A DNA stretch of 64,000 nucleotides, from the NCBI GenBank assembly GCA_963787835.1, contig CAWBEI010000002.1, positions 1,472,001 to 1,536,000 of the forward strand, written 5' to 3'. Shown piece by piece: positions 37,708-46,248 of the stretch; positions within the stretch are counted from its first letter, which is position 1, and each line of letters starts with the position of its first letter. The notes beneath the pieces are model-generated. The model had not been told where the DNA came from, made no database searches, and saw nothing but the letters and a program-made list of their open reading frames with translations. The stretch is from Ignavibacteriota bacterium. GTDB lineage: Bacteria; Bacteroidota; Ignavibacteria; Palsa-1295. A program made the translations under genes and the position numbers.

Positions 37708-40347
37708 ATGAAAACGAAAATAGCATTTTCTATCTCCATTATAGGTGCCATACTATTCTTGACGACTGAGATTCAAGCCCAGCCCTGGCTACCAACCCCA
37801 GCCCCTATCCCACATGATACCTCACATTACCATGTGACCATGGCTTCAGGTCAACAAGTCTGGATGCGTCGTCCGCCTGACACGATGATGAATCCAGCTA
37901 ATCTTATTGTTCGTTTTAGACCTGGTGTGCTTGATTCCAGCAAACTAAGTCAAACATATTGGAGCTACTTTTACGGACACGAGACAAAGCATAAAGGAGG
38001 GATTCAACCATTGAGCGGTCCATACGATGGGACAGATCAGCCCCGCGGGTTTTTCCCAGGTTTACGTCAGTTGCTTTTTGCAGATCACTTCTGGTTTGAT
38101 AGCACCAATAATATAGTGAAGGATACATTGCTCCGCAATTTCCTGATTGCGAATGGCGGTCACTTCCTTCGGCGCTTAACGGCTGCAAGTCCAATCGATA
38201 CCCTAACTATTACTCGGGAAGGTGATACAGTTCCCTCCGATCTCCCATGTTGGATGGTTCTAAATTTCGATAGCACCGTTAATCCATTGCTCCTTGCATA
38301 TCTCCTCACTTGGGAATTTCCAAAAGATATTGCCGTTGCGTATCCTGGGTATCATGGCGGACAACTCGATGGCCAACCTTCTGACTTATATTATACTCTT
38401 GGCTATCAACGGGGTATTCGGATGATTGAGGCGGATACAGCCTGGAATCATGAGGTTGGTGATACATCCATAAAGGTGGAAATCGCTGATGAGGGCTTGG
38501 ACTATCATCATCCTGATTTTGGCGATACCGTTATTGGGGAGGGACACAAATGGATGGCGTCTTGGAACTTCTATTGGGGAAATAATTATACGGATACGAC
38601 GCAGGGTGGTACTGTTCCTGATCATGGTACTGCCATGTCTGGTATTATTGGAGCTCTTTCGAATAACAGGATTGGATCACATTCGCCGTTCGATACGTCT
38701 GTTGCTGGAATAGCCGGCGGACACGGAACACTACTTCCCGATCCTACGTCACAGGGGCGAGGAGTCACCTTAGCGGCTTATGAAGCAAGCTTGAATGGGG
38801 GCATCGATTGGACGGCAAGCATTTTCGAGTCATCTTCAAGAAGTCCTAACACGCCATTCGGTCTGGGAGTAAATGTAATAAATTGCTCCGAAGGATGGTT
38901 TGCTTCCGATACTGGTAACGATCAAGCTCCAGCGCCTTATATCCCAGCAGCAGTCAATTATGCCTATCTGAATGGAGTAACCTTTGTTGCCGCTGTATTT
39001 GAGTTGGATTCTGGGGTTTCAAATCTGAGAAACTATCCTTCTGATCTCGATGATCAATGGGTTATTTCGGTGGGAGGTAGTACTTCTATTCCTTACAAAG
39101 AAAAAATTCAGCAATCTGATTATGGATATACTCTTGATCTTTTGGGTCCAGCTGGGGCTTCAGATTATGGAGGTAATCCATTGACACTCAATTATACGAC
39201 AAGGATGTTGACTGCATCTTCTCCCTTTACTTATGGTGCTTATGGCGGGACATCTTCTGCTACCGCCAATGTAAGTGGAAGCGCCGCACTTTTGCTTTCG
39301 CATTTTCACAGACAAGACTCTACTCTCAAAAACGTAGAGCCAGAAGATATTCAAAACATCCTGAAAGCATCGGCATGGAGAATGGATACAGAGCGTCTTG
39401 CGCACTCTGACCTTGCCGCATCTTGGGTACCTCACAATGGTTATGGCCATTTGGATATAGGCCATGCCTTAGAGATGCTTGACACAAACATCAACGATTC
39501 ACCTGATGCTGGATATAAACTGTATCATTCCGCAGCAATAAGCTTCCCATTGCTTGATTCCGGGAATTGGAGCGCTTTTCAAACAGGGTTCCAATTCAGC
39601 CCTCCTTGGCAGGATCAAAATATGGGGGATACTTTTGCTGTACCACTCGTATATTATCTTCCAGAGAATATTAGTTTCGGATACAAAGTTCGATCACGTG
39701 CATTGACATTCACATTTACACTTCCCGATAGTCTTGAAAATTCAGACACTTGCCCTCTTTTTGTCTGGGGTCGTAGTGGTGGCGCAGGAAACCCATCCGG
39801 TTGGAGCTTCGAGGATTACCCAAATTTTGAGACAGGTTGGACAAAGGTTACTAATGGAACTGGAAGTGACCCCGATTCACTCATGGATGGAATTTTTGCT
39901 CCTTCAAGTAAGGTAATTCACCTTGAAACTGCTCAATATGATGTTTATGGTTGGAGCGATTCAACAGGAAGTTATTCTCATTATTTTGGACATGCACCAC
40001 CCGACCCGGAAGTAGCTGTAAATTTCAGCTATTTCGGTCGAGCAAAACGACCAGCGAGCATTGTTCAGAATGGTCTAATTTTAGGAAGCGATTCGCTTAT
40101 AGTTTCGGTTAATTCCGCGGGAACGATGGTTAACGCAAAATTCTTTACAACGGAAGATCTTCCTAATGTAAGGGTGGAATTCCGAGACGTTCTCGGAAGA
40201 ATCGTTTATAGCGATCAATTAAGCCATACAATTTATGGGTGGAACGAAATAAATCTTCCATCAAACTTTATGGCTGCAGGCGCATATTTCTGTGTTATTA
40301 CTGCCGAAAATTATTTTCAAGCGAAAAACTTTCTGCTTCTAAAGTGA
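37708..40347 (+). CDS. S8 (subtilisin-like) serine peptidase with T9SS C-terminal domain
   Basis: Signal peptide; IADEG, DHGTAMSGII, GGTSSA triad motifs; C-terminal DVLGR...AAGAYFC; TATCTTTG at 37628-37635. Confidence 0.85.
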   Translation: MKTKIAFSISIIGAILFLTTEIQAQPWLPTPAPIPHDTSHYHVTMASGQQVWMRRPPDTMMNPANLIVRFRPGVLDSSKLSQTYWSYFYGHETKHKGGIQPLSGPYDGTDQPRGFFPGLRQLLFADHFWFDSTNNIVKDTLLRNFLIANGGHFLRRLTAASPIDTLTITREGDTVPSDLPCWMVLNFDSTVNPLLLAYLLTWEFPKDIAVAYPGYHGGQLDGQPSDLYYTLGYQRGIRMIEADTAWNHEVGDTSIKVEIADEGLDYHHPDFGDTVIGEGHKWMASWNFYWGNNYTDTTQGGTVPDHGTAMSGIIGALSNNRIGSHSPFDTSVAGIAGGHGTLLPDPTSQGRGVTLAAYEASLNGGIDWTASIFESSSRSPNTPFGLGVNVINCSEGWFASDTGNDQAPAPYIPAAVNYAYLNGVTFVAAVFELDSGVSNLRNYPSDLDDQWVISVGGSTSIPYKEKIQQSDYGYTLDLLGPAGASDYGGNPLTLNYTTRMLTASSPFTYGAYGGTSSATANVSGSAALLLSHFHRQDSTLKNVEPEDIQNILKASAWRMDTERLAHSDLAASWVPHNGYGHLDIGHALEMLDTNINDSPDAGYKLYHSAAISFPLLDSGNWSAFQTGFQFSPPWQDQNMGDTFAVPLVYYLPENISFGYKVRSRALTFTFTLPDSLENSDTCPLFVWGRSGGAGNPSGWSFEDYPNFETGWTKVTNGTGSDPDSLMDGIFAPSSKVIHLETAQYDVYGWSDSTGSYSHYFGHAPPDPEVAVNFSYFGRAKRPASIVQNGLILGSDSLIVSVNSAGTMVNAKFFTTEDLPNVRVEFRDVLGRIVYSDQLSHTIYGWNEINLPSNFMAAGAYFCVITAENYFQAKNFLLLK

Positions 40348-41633
40348 AAAAACGAGCAATTTTGCTTGTAGCAATTAATATCCTGATCCACTGCGATCTT
40401 CATGCGCAGTGGATTCAGGATACTCTTTTGTATCATAATGATGGTTCCTGGGCCATGGTCACTTTGCACGACACACTCTATGTGTCTTCCCATGCCACAA
40501 TTTTACGTTCAACGAATGAAGGAAATTCTTGGCAAGAATCGGGAAAGGGTCTGATTTCTGGAGAGACATATCTGCCTTTTTTAGGAGCCGGAAATTTTAT
40601 GTTGGCACAAGTTTCAGGAATAGGTCTCCCCGAAGACACCAACTTTGGGAAGTTGTTTCGTTCAACGGATGCCGGTGCTTCATGGGTAAGAGTTAACATT
40701 CCAGCTTTTTCGATTGGGAATGGATTATTAACCTCAATTGACACTGAATTTTTCGTTTCTGGAGTGAAAGGCTTACTTAGTTCCTCAGACAGTGGTGTTT
40801 CTTGGATCGTTGCGACATCCGACAGCAACAGCGGATTGCTGTCCGGTTCTCACGTCAATTGCGTATTGCGGTTAGGCACCCGGATTTTGGTGGGAAGTGA
40901 TACTGGAATTTTTGTTACTACAGATAGCGGTCAATCTTGGAACATATTACAATCAACGGATACTCTGAGAGAAGTTCATACATTAATCTCACATGGACGA
41001 TATATTTTTGCAGCCGCAAACGACTCCATTTTTCGCTCTTCAGATTCCGGTCAAACGTGGCTTGATATTTCCGATCATCCCCTTGTGTCATGGCCTACTT
41101 ATTCATTTGGCATTGCCGATTCGAATTTATTATTTTGCAACGGTTATCTATCAGTCCTTTATCGATCAAGCGATAATGGGAATTCTTGGCTGCCTTTCGG
41201 ACAAGGGTTGGGTAATCAAGCCGTATCGGGTGCCTTCTATTCTTCACAAAATTTCCTTTACTTTAACTCAAATGGGGCATCTCTTTATCGTCGTCCTCTT
41301 TCCGATTTCGGCATCAGTTCCGTCGCGCAAACTCCATCCGAAACGTCATCCACAATTCAAATCTACCCCAACCCCTTCTCACAATCCACCCAAATCTCCT
41401 TCATCTCGCAATCCGCCGGATACGCCGAAGTCTCCATCGTGAACATGCTTGGCGTGGAGGTTGCGCATTTGTTTTCGGGTGAGTTGGGTGCGGGTGAGCA
41501 TTCGTTTGAGTGGGACGCAGGCAAGAATGCCTGCGCTACACAGGGGGCGTATGAATGCCTCGTTCGGATGAATGGGCAGGTGGATGATCGGTCATCCACC
41601 GTGGAAACGGTGCCGGTGGTGTTGATGCGGTAA
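40344..41633 (+). CDS. BNR/Asp-box beta-propeller protein with T9SS CTD
   Basis: Repeated S.D.G.SW; YPNPFSQST CTD; GTG start overlaps the S8 stop. Confidence 0.85.
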   Translation: MKKRAILLVAINILIHCDLHAQWIQDTLLYHNDGSWAMVTLHDTLYVSSHATILRSTNEGNSWQESGKGLISGETYLPFLGAGNFMLAQVSGIGLPEDTNFGKLFRSTDAGASWVRVNIPAFSIGNGLLTSIDTEFFVSGVKGLLSSSDSGVSWIVATSDSNSGLLSGSHVNCVLRLGTRILVGSDTGIFVTTDSGQSWNILQSTDTLREVHTLISHGRYIFAAANDSIFRSSDSGQTWLDISDHPLVSWPTYSFGIADSNLLFCNGYLSVLYRSSDNGNSWLPFGQGLGNQAVSGAFYSSQNFLYFNSNGASLYRRPLSDFGISSVAQTPSETSSTIQIYPNPFSQSTQISFISQSAGYAEVSIVNMLGVEVAHLFSGELGAGEHSFEWDAGKNACATQGAYECLVRMNGQVDDRSSTVETVPVVLMR

Positions 41634-41644
41634 CCTCGCTTTCC

Positions 41645-41722
41645 CGTGTACACCGGGTTTCAACCCGGTACCGCCGTTAATCGCTCATACGTTTCGCAGC
41701 GGGTTAAAACCCGCTGTACACG
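41645..41722. repeat. REPIN-like doublet with GTGTAC ends (family L)
   Basis: CGTGTACACCGGGTTTCAACCCGGT...AGCGGGTTAAAACCCGCTGTACACG. Confidence 0.85.
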
Positions 41723-41835
41723 CGCCAGGGCCAACAATCAGATAATTTTTAACATAATTTCAGATTTCGCTTGCTTTTCGACTCAGGATGTTGTATGTTT
41801 GGTAGTGCAATGATGGGCACCTTGTATCAATTTTC

Positions 41836-41868
41836 AATTAAGAATTGAGAATTAAGAATTAAGAATGA
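41836..41868. repeat. 7-nt tandem repeat (AATTAAG)n
   Basis: aattaag aattgag aattaag aattaag aatga. Confidence 0.7.
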
Positions 41869-42064
41869 TGGACCACGATTTACAGGATTTTCGGGATTAG
41901 GCAAGGATGGTGAGTTCATTGAAAACTGCGCTTGACATTAATTTTCACATTGAAATTAATGAATAATTTACTGGAATGGAAAAATTGTTCATTAAATGAC
42001 AATTCAATTGCGTTTGGCAGGCACCCATTTCTTGAGGAAATTAAGAAATGATAAATGAGGTCGA

Positions 42065-42966
42065 TCAGGAGAGATGCTTGATTCGATCCCAGATGGCATC
42101 AAGTTCATCCAAAGTAAAATCGGAGAATGGGCGACCGGATGCTTCGACTTCGGCCTCGACTTTTCGGAAACGGTTGGAGAATTTTTGGGCTGCGAATCGG
42201 AGCGCGCCTTCGGCATCGATTCCTTCGTGGCGGGATAAGTTTACGAGGGAAAATAGGAGATCGCCGAATTCTTCTTCTTTCGGAGAGAGGCCATCGGGGG
42301 AAACCACCCCCACGGATCGTCGGCGATCCTTGCCCCCTCCTATTTCATAGGAGGGGAGATCTGAGAATTCAGTTCGGCTTCGAACTCTGCGATCTCTTCG
42401 CGTATCTTTTTCCATACACCTTCGGAGTCTGGCCAGTCGAAGCCAACTTTGGATGCTTTTTCCTGGAGCCGTGCTGATCTCTGGAGCGCCGGAAGGGAAG
42501 TTGGGACGCCATCTAAAATGCTATTTCTGCCCTTTTCACGGCGTTTTAGCTGTTCCCAGTTGCGGCTGACATGTTCTGAGCCCTCTACCTTGACATCCGA
42601 AAACACGTGCGGATGGCGGTAAATGAGCTTCTCGCACTCGGTGCGGATGACGTCATCGAGGGTAAAATAGCCCTCTTCTGCGGCCAGATCGGAATGGAAT
42701 AGGATATGCAGGAGCATATCACCGAGTTCTTTTTTTAGTTCAGTGTAGTCTCCTGTATCTATGCCGTGGTCGATGGCCTCTACGGTTTCGTAGGCTTCCT
42801 CGATAAGCATAGGGCGAAGAGAAGCGTGGGTTTGTTCGCGGTCCCATGGACATTCTTTTCGCAACCGGTGGACGATCTGGATGAATTCGGCGAGCGACCC
42901 AAGCGCCGGCAATAATGGCTCATCCGGTGATGGATCATTTGTCATAGTAGTCAGAGATTCAGTCAT
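42065..42966 (-). pseudogene. mazG: Nucleoside triphosphate pyrophosphohydrolase MazG, frameshifted inside an inserted repeat
   Basis: LR.ECPWDREQT, IEEAYE, ELGD.L, RHPHVF, KVGFDW in ORF 42340-42966; EEEFGDLLFSLVN..R...DAE.ALR....KF..RF in ORF 42065-42415. Confidence 0.85.
42301..42360. repeat. Family D palindrome inside mazG
   Basis: Minus strand CTCCCCTCCTATGAAATAGGAGGGGGCAAGGATCGCCGACGATCCGTGGGGGTGGTT, colinear with 12657-12721. Confidence 0.9.
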
Positions 42967-43137
42967 GATAGGGCCTCGAACAGCGATGTCGTTGAACGAG
43001 TGTCAGGCGATCACGGGAAATAAAAGAACTGTTGAAAAACAAAGTGTATAATAGCTTGTCAAAGGGGTGTTACCCCGATGCCAGGGATCCTAAAGGGATA
43101 GTACAATTTCAATTGAAACGATAGGAAGCACAATAAA

Positions 43138-44142
43138 ATGGCAACCCCAGAAGCGACTCAGGTTCGTCCGGCACGGATGACCGATCCGAAAACGGCTGCA
43201 AAACCAGCCGTCACCCGCAAGACCCGTAAACCAAGCATGGCACCGGTGTTGATCGTTACGATCATCGGCGCAATGGTGATTCATCTTTTATTCTGTTTGG
43301 CTCTTCAGAACTTAGGTGACACCATCCAATGGAAGCCTTTCGCCTTGATGGCGGATGTTACATTCGGAGATGCTCAGTTCATCATCAATCCGGTACTGGC
43401 ATTCATTCCATTTGACATCCTGTTCGGTTTTGCCATTTCGGTCGTGATCGGGTTTATTATCCGTCTGCCATTTTTCCGGGATCGTGTGTATCATACCGTG
43501 CTTGACCTGAAGAAGCGGTTGCAGCTTCAGCTTTCCTCGACCGCCGATGAGGTGGAATCGATCCTCAAGAACGATCCGGAGAGCAATGCGCGCCTGCTTG
43601 CCCGCCGCGAGGACATTCATTTGGATAGCGTTCATGCCGAGATCAACGCGATCAATGCTGCGCAGGCGTATCTGACCGGCAAAGGTTCCTGGCTCAGCGG
43701 CATGGCGACCTACATGCGCTTCCATTTTACCGAAGAGTATTCGAACACGGTAACGGGTATGGCGTATGGCGGTGCGGCGTTTCTTATCTTCGTTGTGGGT
43801 ATTCGCGGATTAAAATTCATTCCGGCCACAAAGCCCTCGTTCATTCTTTTTGCACTCGGCATTGAATTTTCGATGCTTGTATTGCTTGCAACCACGATGG
43901 TCTTTACCGTCGAGGAAGAACGTACGGATCTTCTGTTGAAGCAGATGGTCGATGCCGTTCGCGGTGGTCGCAAGCACAAGACCGCAGAGATCGAAACCGT
44001 CGAGCCGGCCCTGCAACTTACCCGTGGTGATTACGAGCGTATGGTTCGTGAGCAGATGGATAAGAAGATCATGTCCGTCATGGCCGATAAAGATGATGAT
44101 GCGCTTCGCCGCATTGCACTCGATCTGGTGACCAAGGGATAA
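43138..44142 (+). CDS. Four-TM membrane protein, possibly GldL/PorL-related
   Basis: Hydrophobic segments; GMAYGGAA...ALGIEFS with an intramembrane Glu. Confidence 0.6.
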   Translation: MATPEATQVRPARMTDPKTAAKPAVTRKTRKPSMAPVLIVTIIGAMVIHLLFCLALQNLGDTIQWKPFALMADVTFGDAQFIINPVLAFIPFDILFGFAISVVIGFIIRLPFFRDRVYHTVLDLKKRLQLQLSSTADEVESILKNDPESNARLLARREDIHLDSVHAEINAINAAQAYLTGKGSWLSGMATYMRFHFTEEYSNTVTGMAYGGAAFLIFVVGIRGLKFIPATKPSFILFALGIEFSMLVLLATTMVFTVEEERTDLLLKQMVDAVRGGRKHKTAEIETVEPALQLTRGDYERMVREQMDKKIMSVMADKDDDALRRIALDLVTKG

Positions 44143-44163
44143 ACCTTTACAAGTATTATTTTC

Positions 44164-44198
44164 AAAAGCCGGGAACCCAGTGGGTTTCCGGCTTTTTT
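44164..44198 (+). terminator. Intrinsic terminator (possibly bidirectional)
   Basis: AAAAGCCGGGAACCC-AGT-GGGTTTCCGGCTTTTTT. Confidence 0.85.
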
Positions 44199-44213
44199 AT
44201 TAAAGTCTATCGC

Positions 44214-44245
44214 AAAAAAAAGGTTTAGCTTGTTCAAGCTAAACC
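44214..44245 (-). terminator. Intrinsic terminator for ahcY
   Basis: A8 followed by GGTTTAGCTTG..CAAGCTAAACC (U-tail on the minus strand). Confidence 0.75.
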
Positions 44246-44273
44246 CTTTGTCCTTATTGATATTTCTTGAGGT

Positions 44274-45554
44274 TTACGTTCCCGCCGCGTAATCCAGATT
44301 ATACGCAAGCTGCTCTTCAGTGAGCGCATCGATCGAGGCGCCGATGGTTTCGAGCTTGAGAACGGCGATCTCCTGATCTTGCTCGACCGGGATGTCATAG
44401 ACAAGCCCGCGTTCCATGATCTCTTCGCCCTTATCGACTCGTGCGAGGCGAAGCTGACTCAGGAATTGATTTGCAAAGCTCATGTCCATTACCTCTGAAG
44501 GATGTCCCTCGGCGGCTGCGAGATTTATCAAGCGGCCTTGCGCAAGGAGATACACTCGGCGATTGCCGGAAAGAAGATACTCTTCGCAATTCGCACGGAT
44601 GGTGCGCTTCGTTGCCATGCGCTCTTCGAGTTCGGGAATGTTAATTTCGCAATCGTAGTGACCTGTGTTACAGATGATCGCGCCATCTTTCAGCATTTCG
44701 AAATGCCGCCCGACGATCACATCCTTCACGCCAGTCGCAGTGATGAAAATATCGCCGATCTTCGCGGCTTCATCCATCGGCATCACGCGCATGCCTTCGA
44801 GCGTGGCCTTCAGCGCGGCGGTCGGCTTTACTTCGGTGATGATAACATTCGCTCCCATCCCCTTTGCACGCATAGCAACGCCCTTGCCGCAATGTCCATA
44901 GCCAGCAATGACGACATTCTTGCCAGCAAGCAGAACAGACGTTGCGCGGATCACGCCATCGAGCGTCGATTGTCCTGTGCCATAAACGTTATCGAAATCC
45001 CATTTCGTCTCAGCATCGTTAACGGCGATGACGGGGTAGCGAAGCTTGCCATCGGCAGACATCGAACGTAATCGATGCACGCCCGTCGTCGTTTCTTCCG
45101 TTCCACCGATAATTTCATCGACGAGCTGCGGAAATTTGTTGTGAACAGTAAAAATGAGATCGGCGCCATCATCGAGAGTAAGATTGGGATGAAAATCCAG
45201 CGAGCGCTCGATGCACCAATAAAATTCTTCGACGTTCATTCCGTACCACGCATAAATTTCAACGCCTTCTTTGGCAAGCGCTGCGGCGACTTCATCGTTC
45301 GTCGAAAGTGGATTGCAACCGCTCCAGGTGACCTGCGCGCCGGCAGCACGGAGGGTCTCGATGAGCACGGCAGTCTCTTTCGTGACGTGCAAACAACCGG
45401 CAATACGGTAGCCGGAGAGCGGCTTCGTCTTCGAATACGTTTCGCGCAATTTCATAAGCACGGGCATGCGGCTTTCGGCCCATTCGATCTGCCGGCGACC
45501 TGCATCGGCAAGTTTCAGATCGCGAACTTTATATTTACCTTCTTTGAAATCCAT
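44274..45554 (-). CDS. ahcY: Adenosylhomocysteinase
   Basis: MPVLM, GCLHVTKETA, GCNPLST, LDDGAD, EETTTG, FDNVYGTGQS, GYG..GKG, EGHPSEVMDMSF. Confidence 0.98.
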   Translation of the reverse strand: MDFKEGKYKVRDLKLADAGRRQIEWAESRMPVLMKLRETYSKTKPLSGYRIAGCLHVTKETAVLIETLRAAGAQVTWSGCNPLSTNDEVAAALAKEGVEIYAWYGMNVEEFYWCIERSLDFHPNLTLDDGADLIFTVHNKFPQLVDEIIGGTEETTTGVHRLRSMSADGKLRYPVIAVNDAETKWDFDNVYGTGQSTLDGVIRATSVLLAGKNVVIAGYGHCGKGVAMRAKGMGANVIITEVKPTAALKATLEGMRVMPMDEAAKIGDIFITATGVKDVIVGRHFEMLKDGAIICNTGHYDCEINIPELEERMATKRTIRANCEEYLLSGNRRVYLLAQGRLINLAAAEGHPSEVMDMSFANQFLSQLRLARVDKGEEIMERGLVYDIPVEQDQEIAVLKLETIGASIDALTEEQLAYNLDYAAGT

Positions 45555-45707
45555 GTTGATGACCTTAATATGTTAAATTTGGCAATTCCGGCCCGTGAAC
45601 AGCACGGGAGTAGAGTGAGTTCTTTTTGGCGTCCTAATTTCCCTTACAGCTTGTAGGAGGGGTTAGGAAAAGGGAAACAAAAACACGAGCCTGGCGTTTC
45701 CTTATTT

Positions 45708-45956
45708 ATGGATAGATCCTTCGAACAAATCCGCACGGAAGTCCTTGAATTAGACCCCGAAAGCCGGCGCCGGCTCGCCGACGAAATCGAACATACGCTC
45801 GTTGAGACGGAGACCGAGTTCGACGAGGAGTGGAAACTGGAAATCAAACGTCGCCTGGACAAACATCGCCGAGGCGAAGGAACCTATGTGACAGCGGAAG
45901 AATCTCTCGCAAAAGGCCGCGCAATGATAGAAGAAGCAAAGCGCAAGCAGAAATGA
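45708..45956 (+). CDS. Addiction module antitoxin component
   Basis: L.L.PE.R.RLA; EEW..EIKRR......G...VT.EE; overlaps the toxin start. Confidence 0.8.
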   Translation: MDRSFEQIRTEVLELDPESRRRLADEIEHTLVETETEFDEEWKLEIKRRLDKHRRGEGTYVTAEESLAKGRAMIEEAKRKQK

Positions 45957-46246
45957 TGCTGCACCTTAGCTCGGAAGCAGAGGTTGACTACCTTGAGTCT
46001 GTGCTCTTTTATTTGACGGAAGAATCGCCCCAATCGGCGGATCGCTTCACCAATGAGTTAGAGAAATCTTACGATGATATCTGCGATGCTCCGTATCGTA
46101 ATCGAGAGGTGGAAGTGGGATTGAGAGAAAAGCGAGTAAAGGGATTTCCATTTACCGTGCTTTATACTATCGAATCCGAAGACATTTATGTCCATGCGAT
46201 CTATCATGATGATCGAAAGAGATCGAAGTTGAGCGACCGAATGTAA
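45953..46246 (+). CDS. RelE/ParE family toxin
   Basis: EAE.DY.E...FY....P..A.RF; R.....FPF...Y......I.V.A.YH..R. Confidence 0.82.
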   Translation: MMLHLSSEAEVDYLESVLFYLTEESPQSADRFTNELEKSYDDICDAPYRNREVEVGLREKRVKGFPFTVLYTIESEDIYVHAIYHDDRKRSKLSDRM

Positions 46247-46248
46247 AC

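Noticed and set aside
42340-42342. Stop-codon readthrough (pyrrolysine or recoding) of the mazG TAG followed by a hairpin
   Set aside because: The downstream MazG sequence is in a different frame, so readthrough would not restore it.
45555-45720. SAH riboswitch upstream of ahcY (GCCAGGCTCG on the minus strand near 45690)
   Set aside because: The upstream GAGGAGCG-type strand and the pseudoknot partner are not visible. A cmsearch against the Rfam SAH model would settle it.
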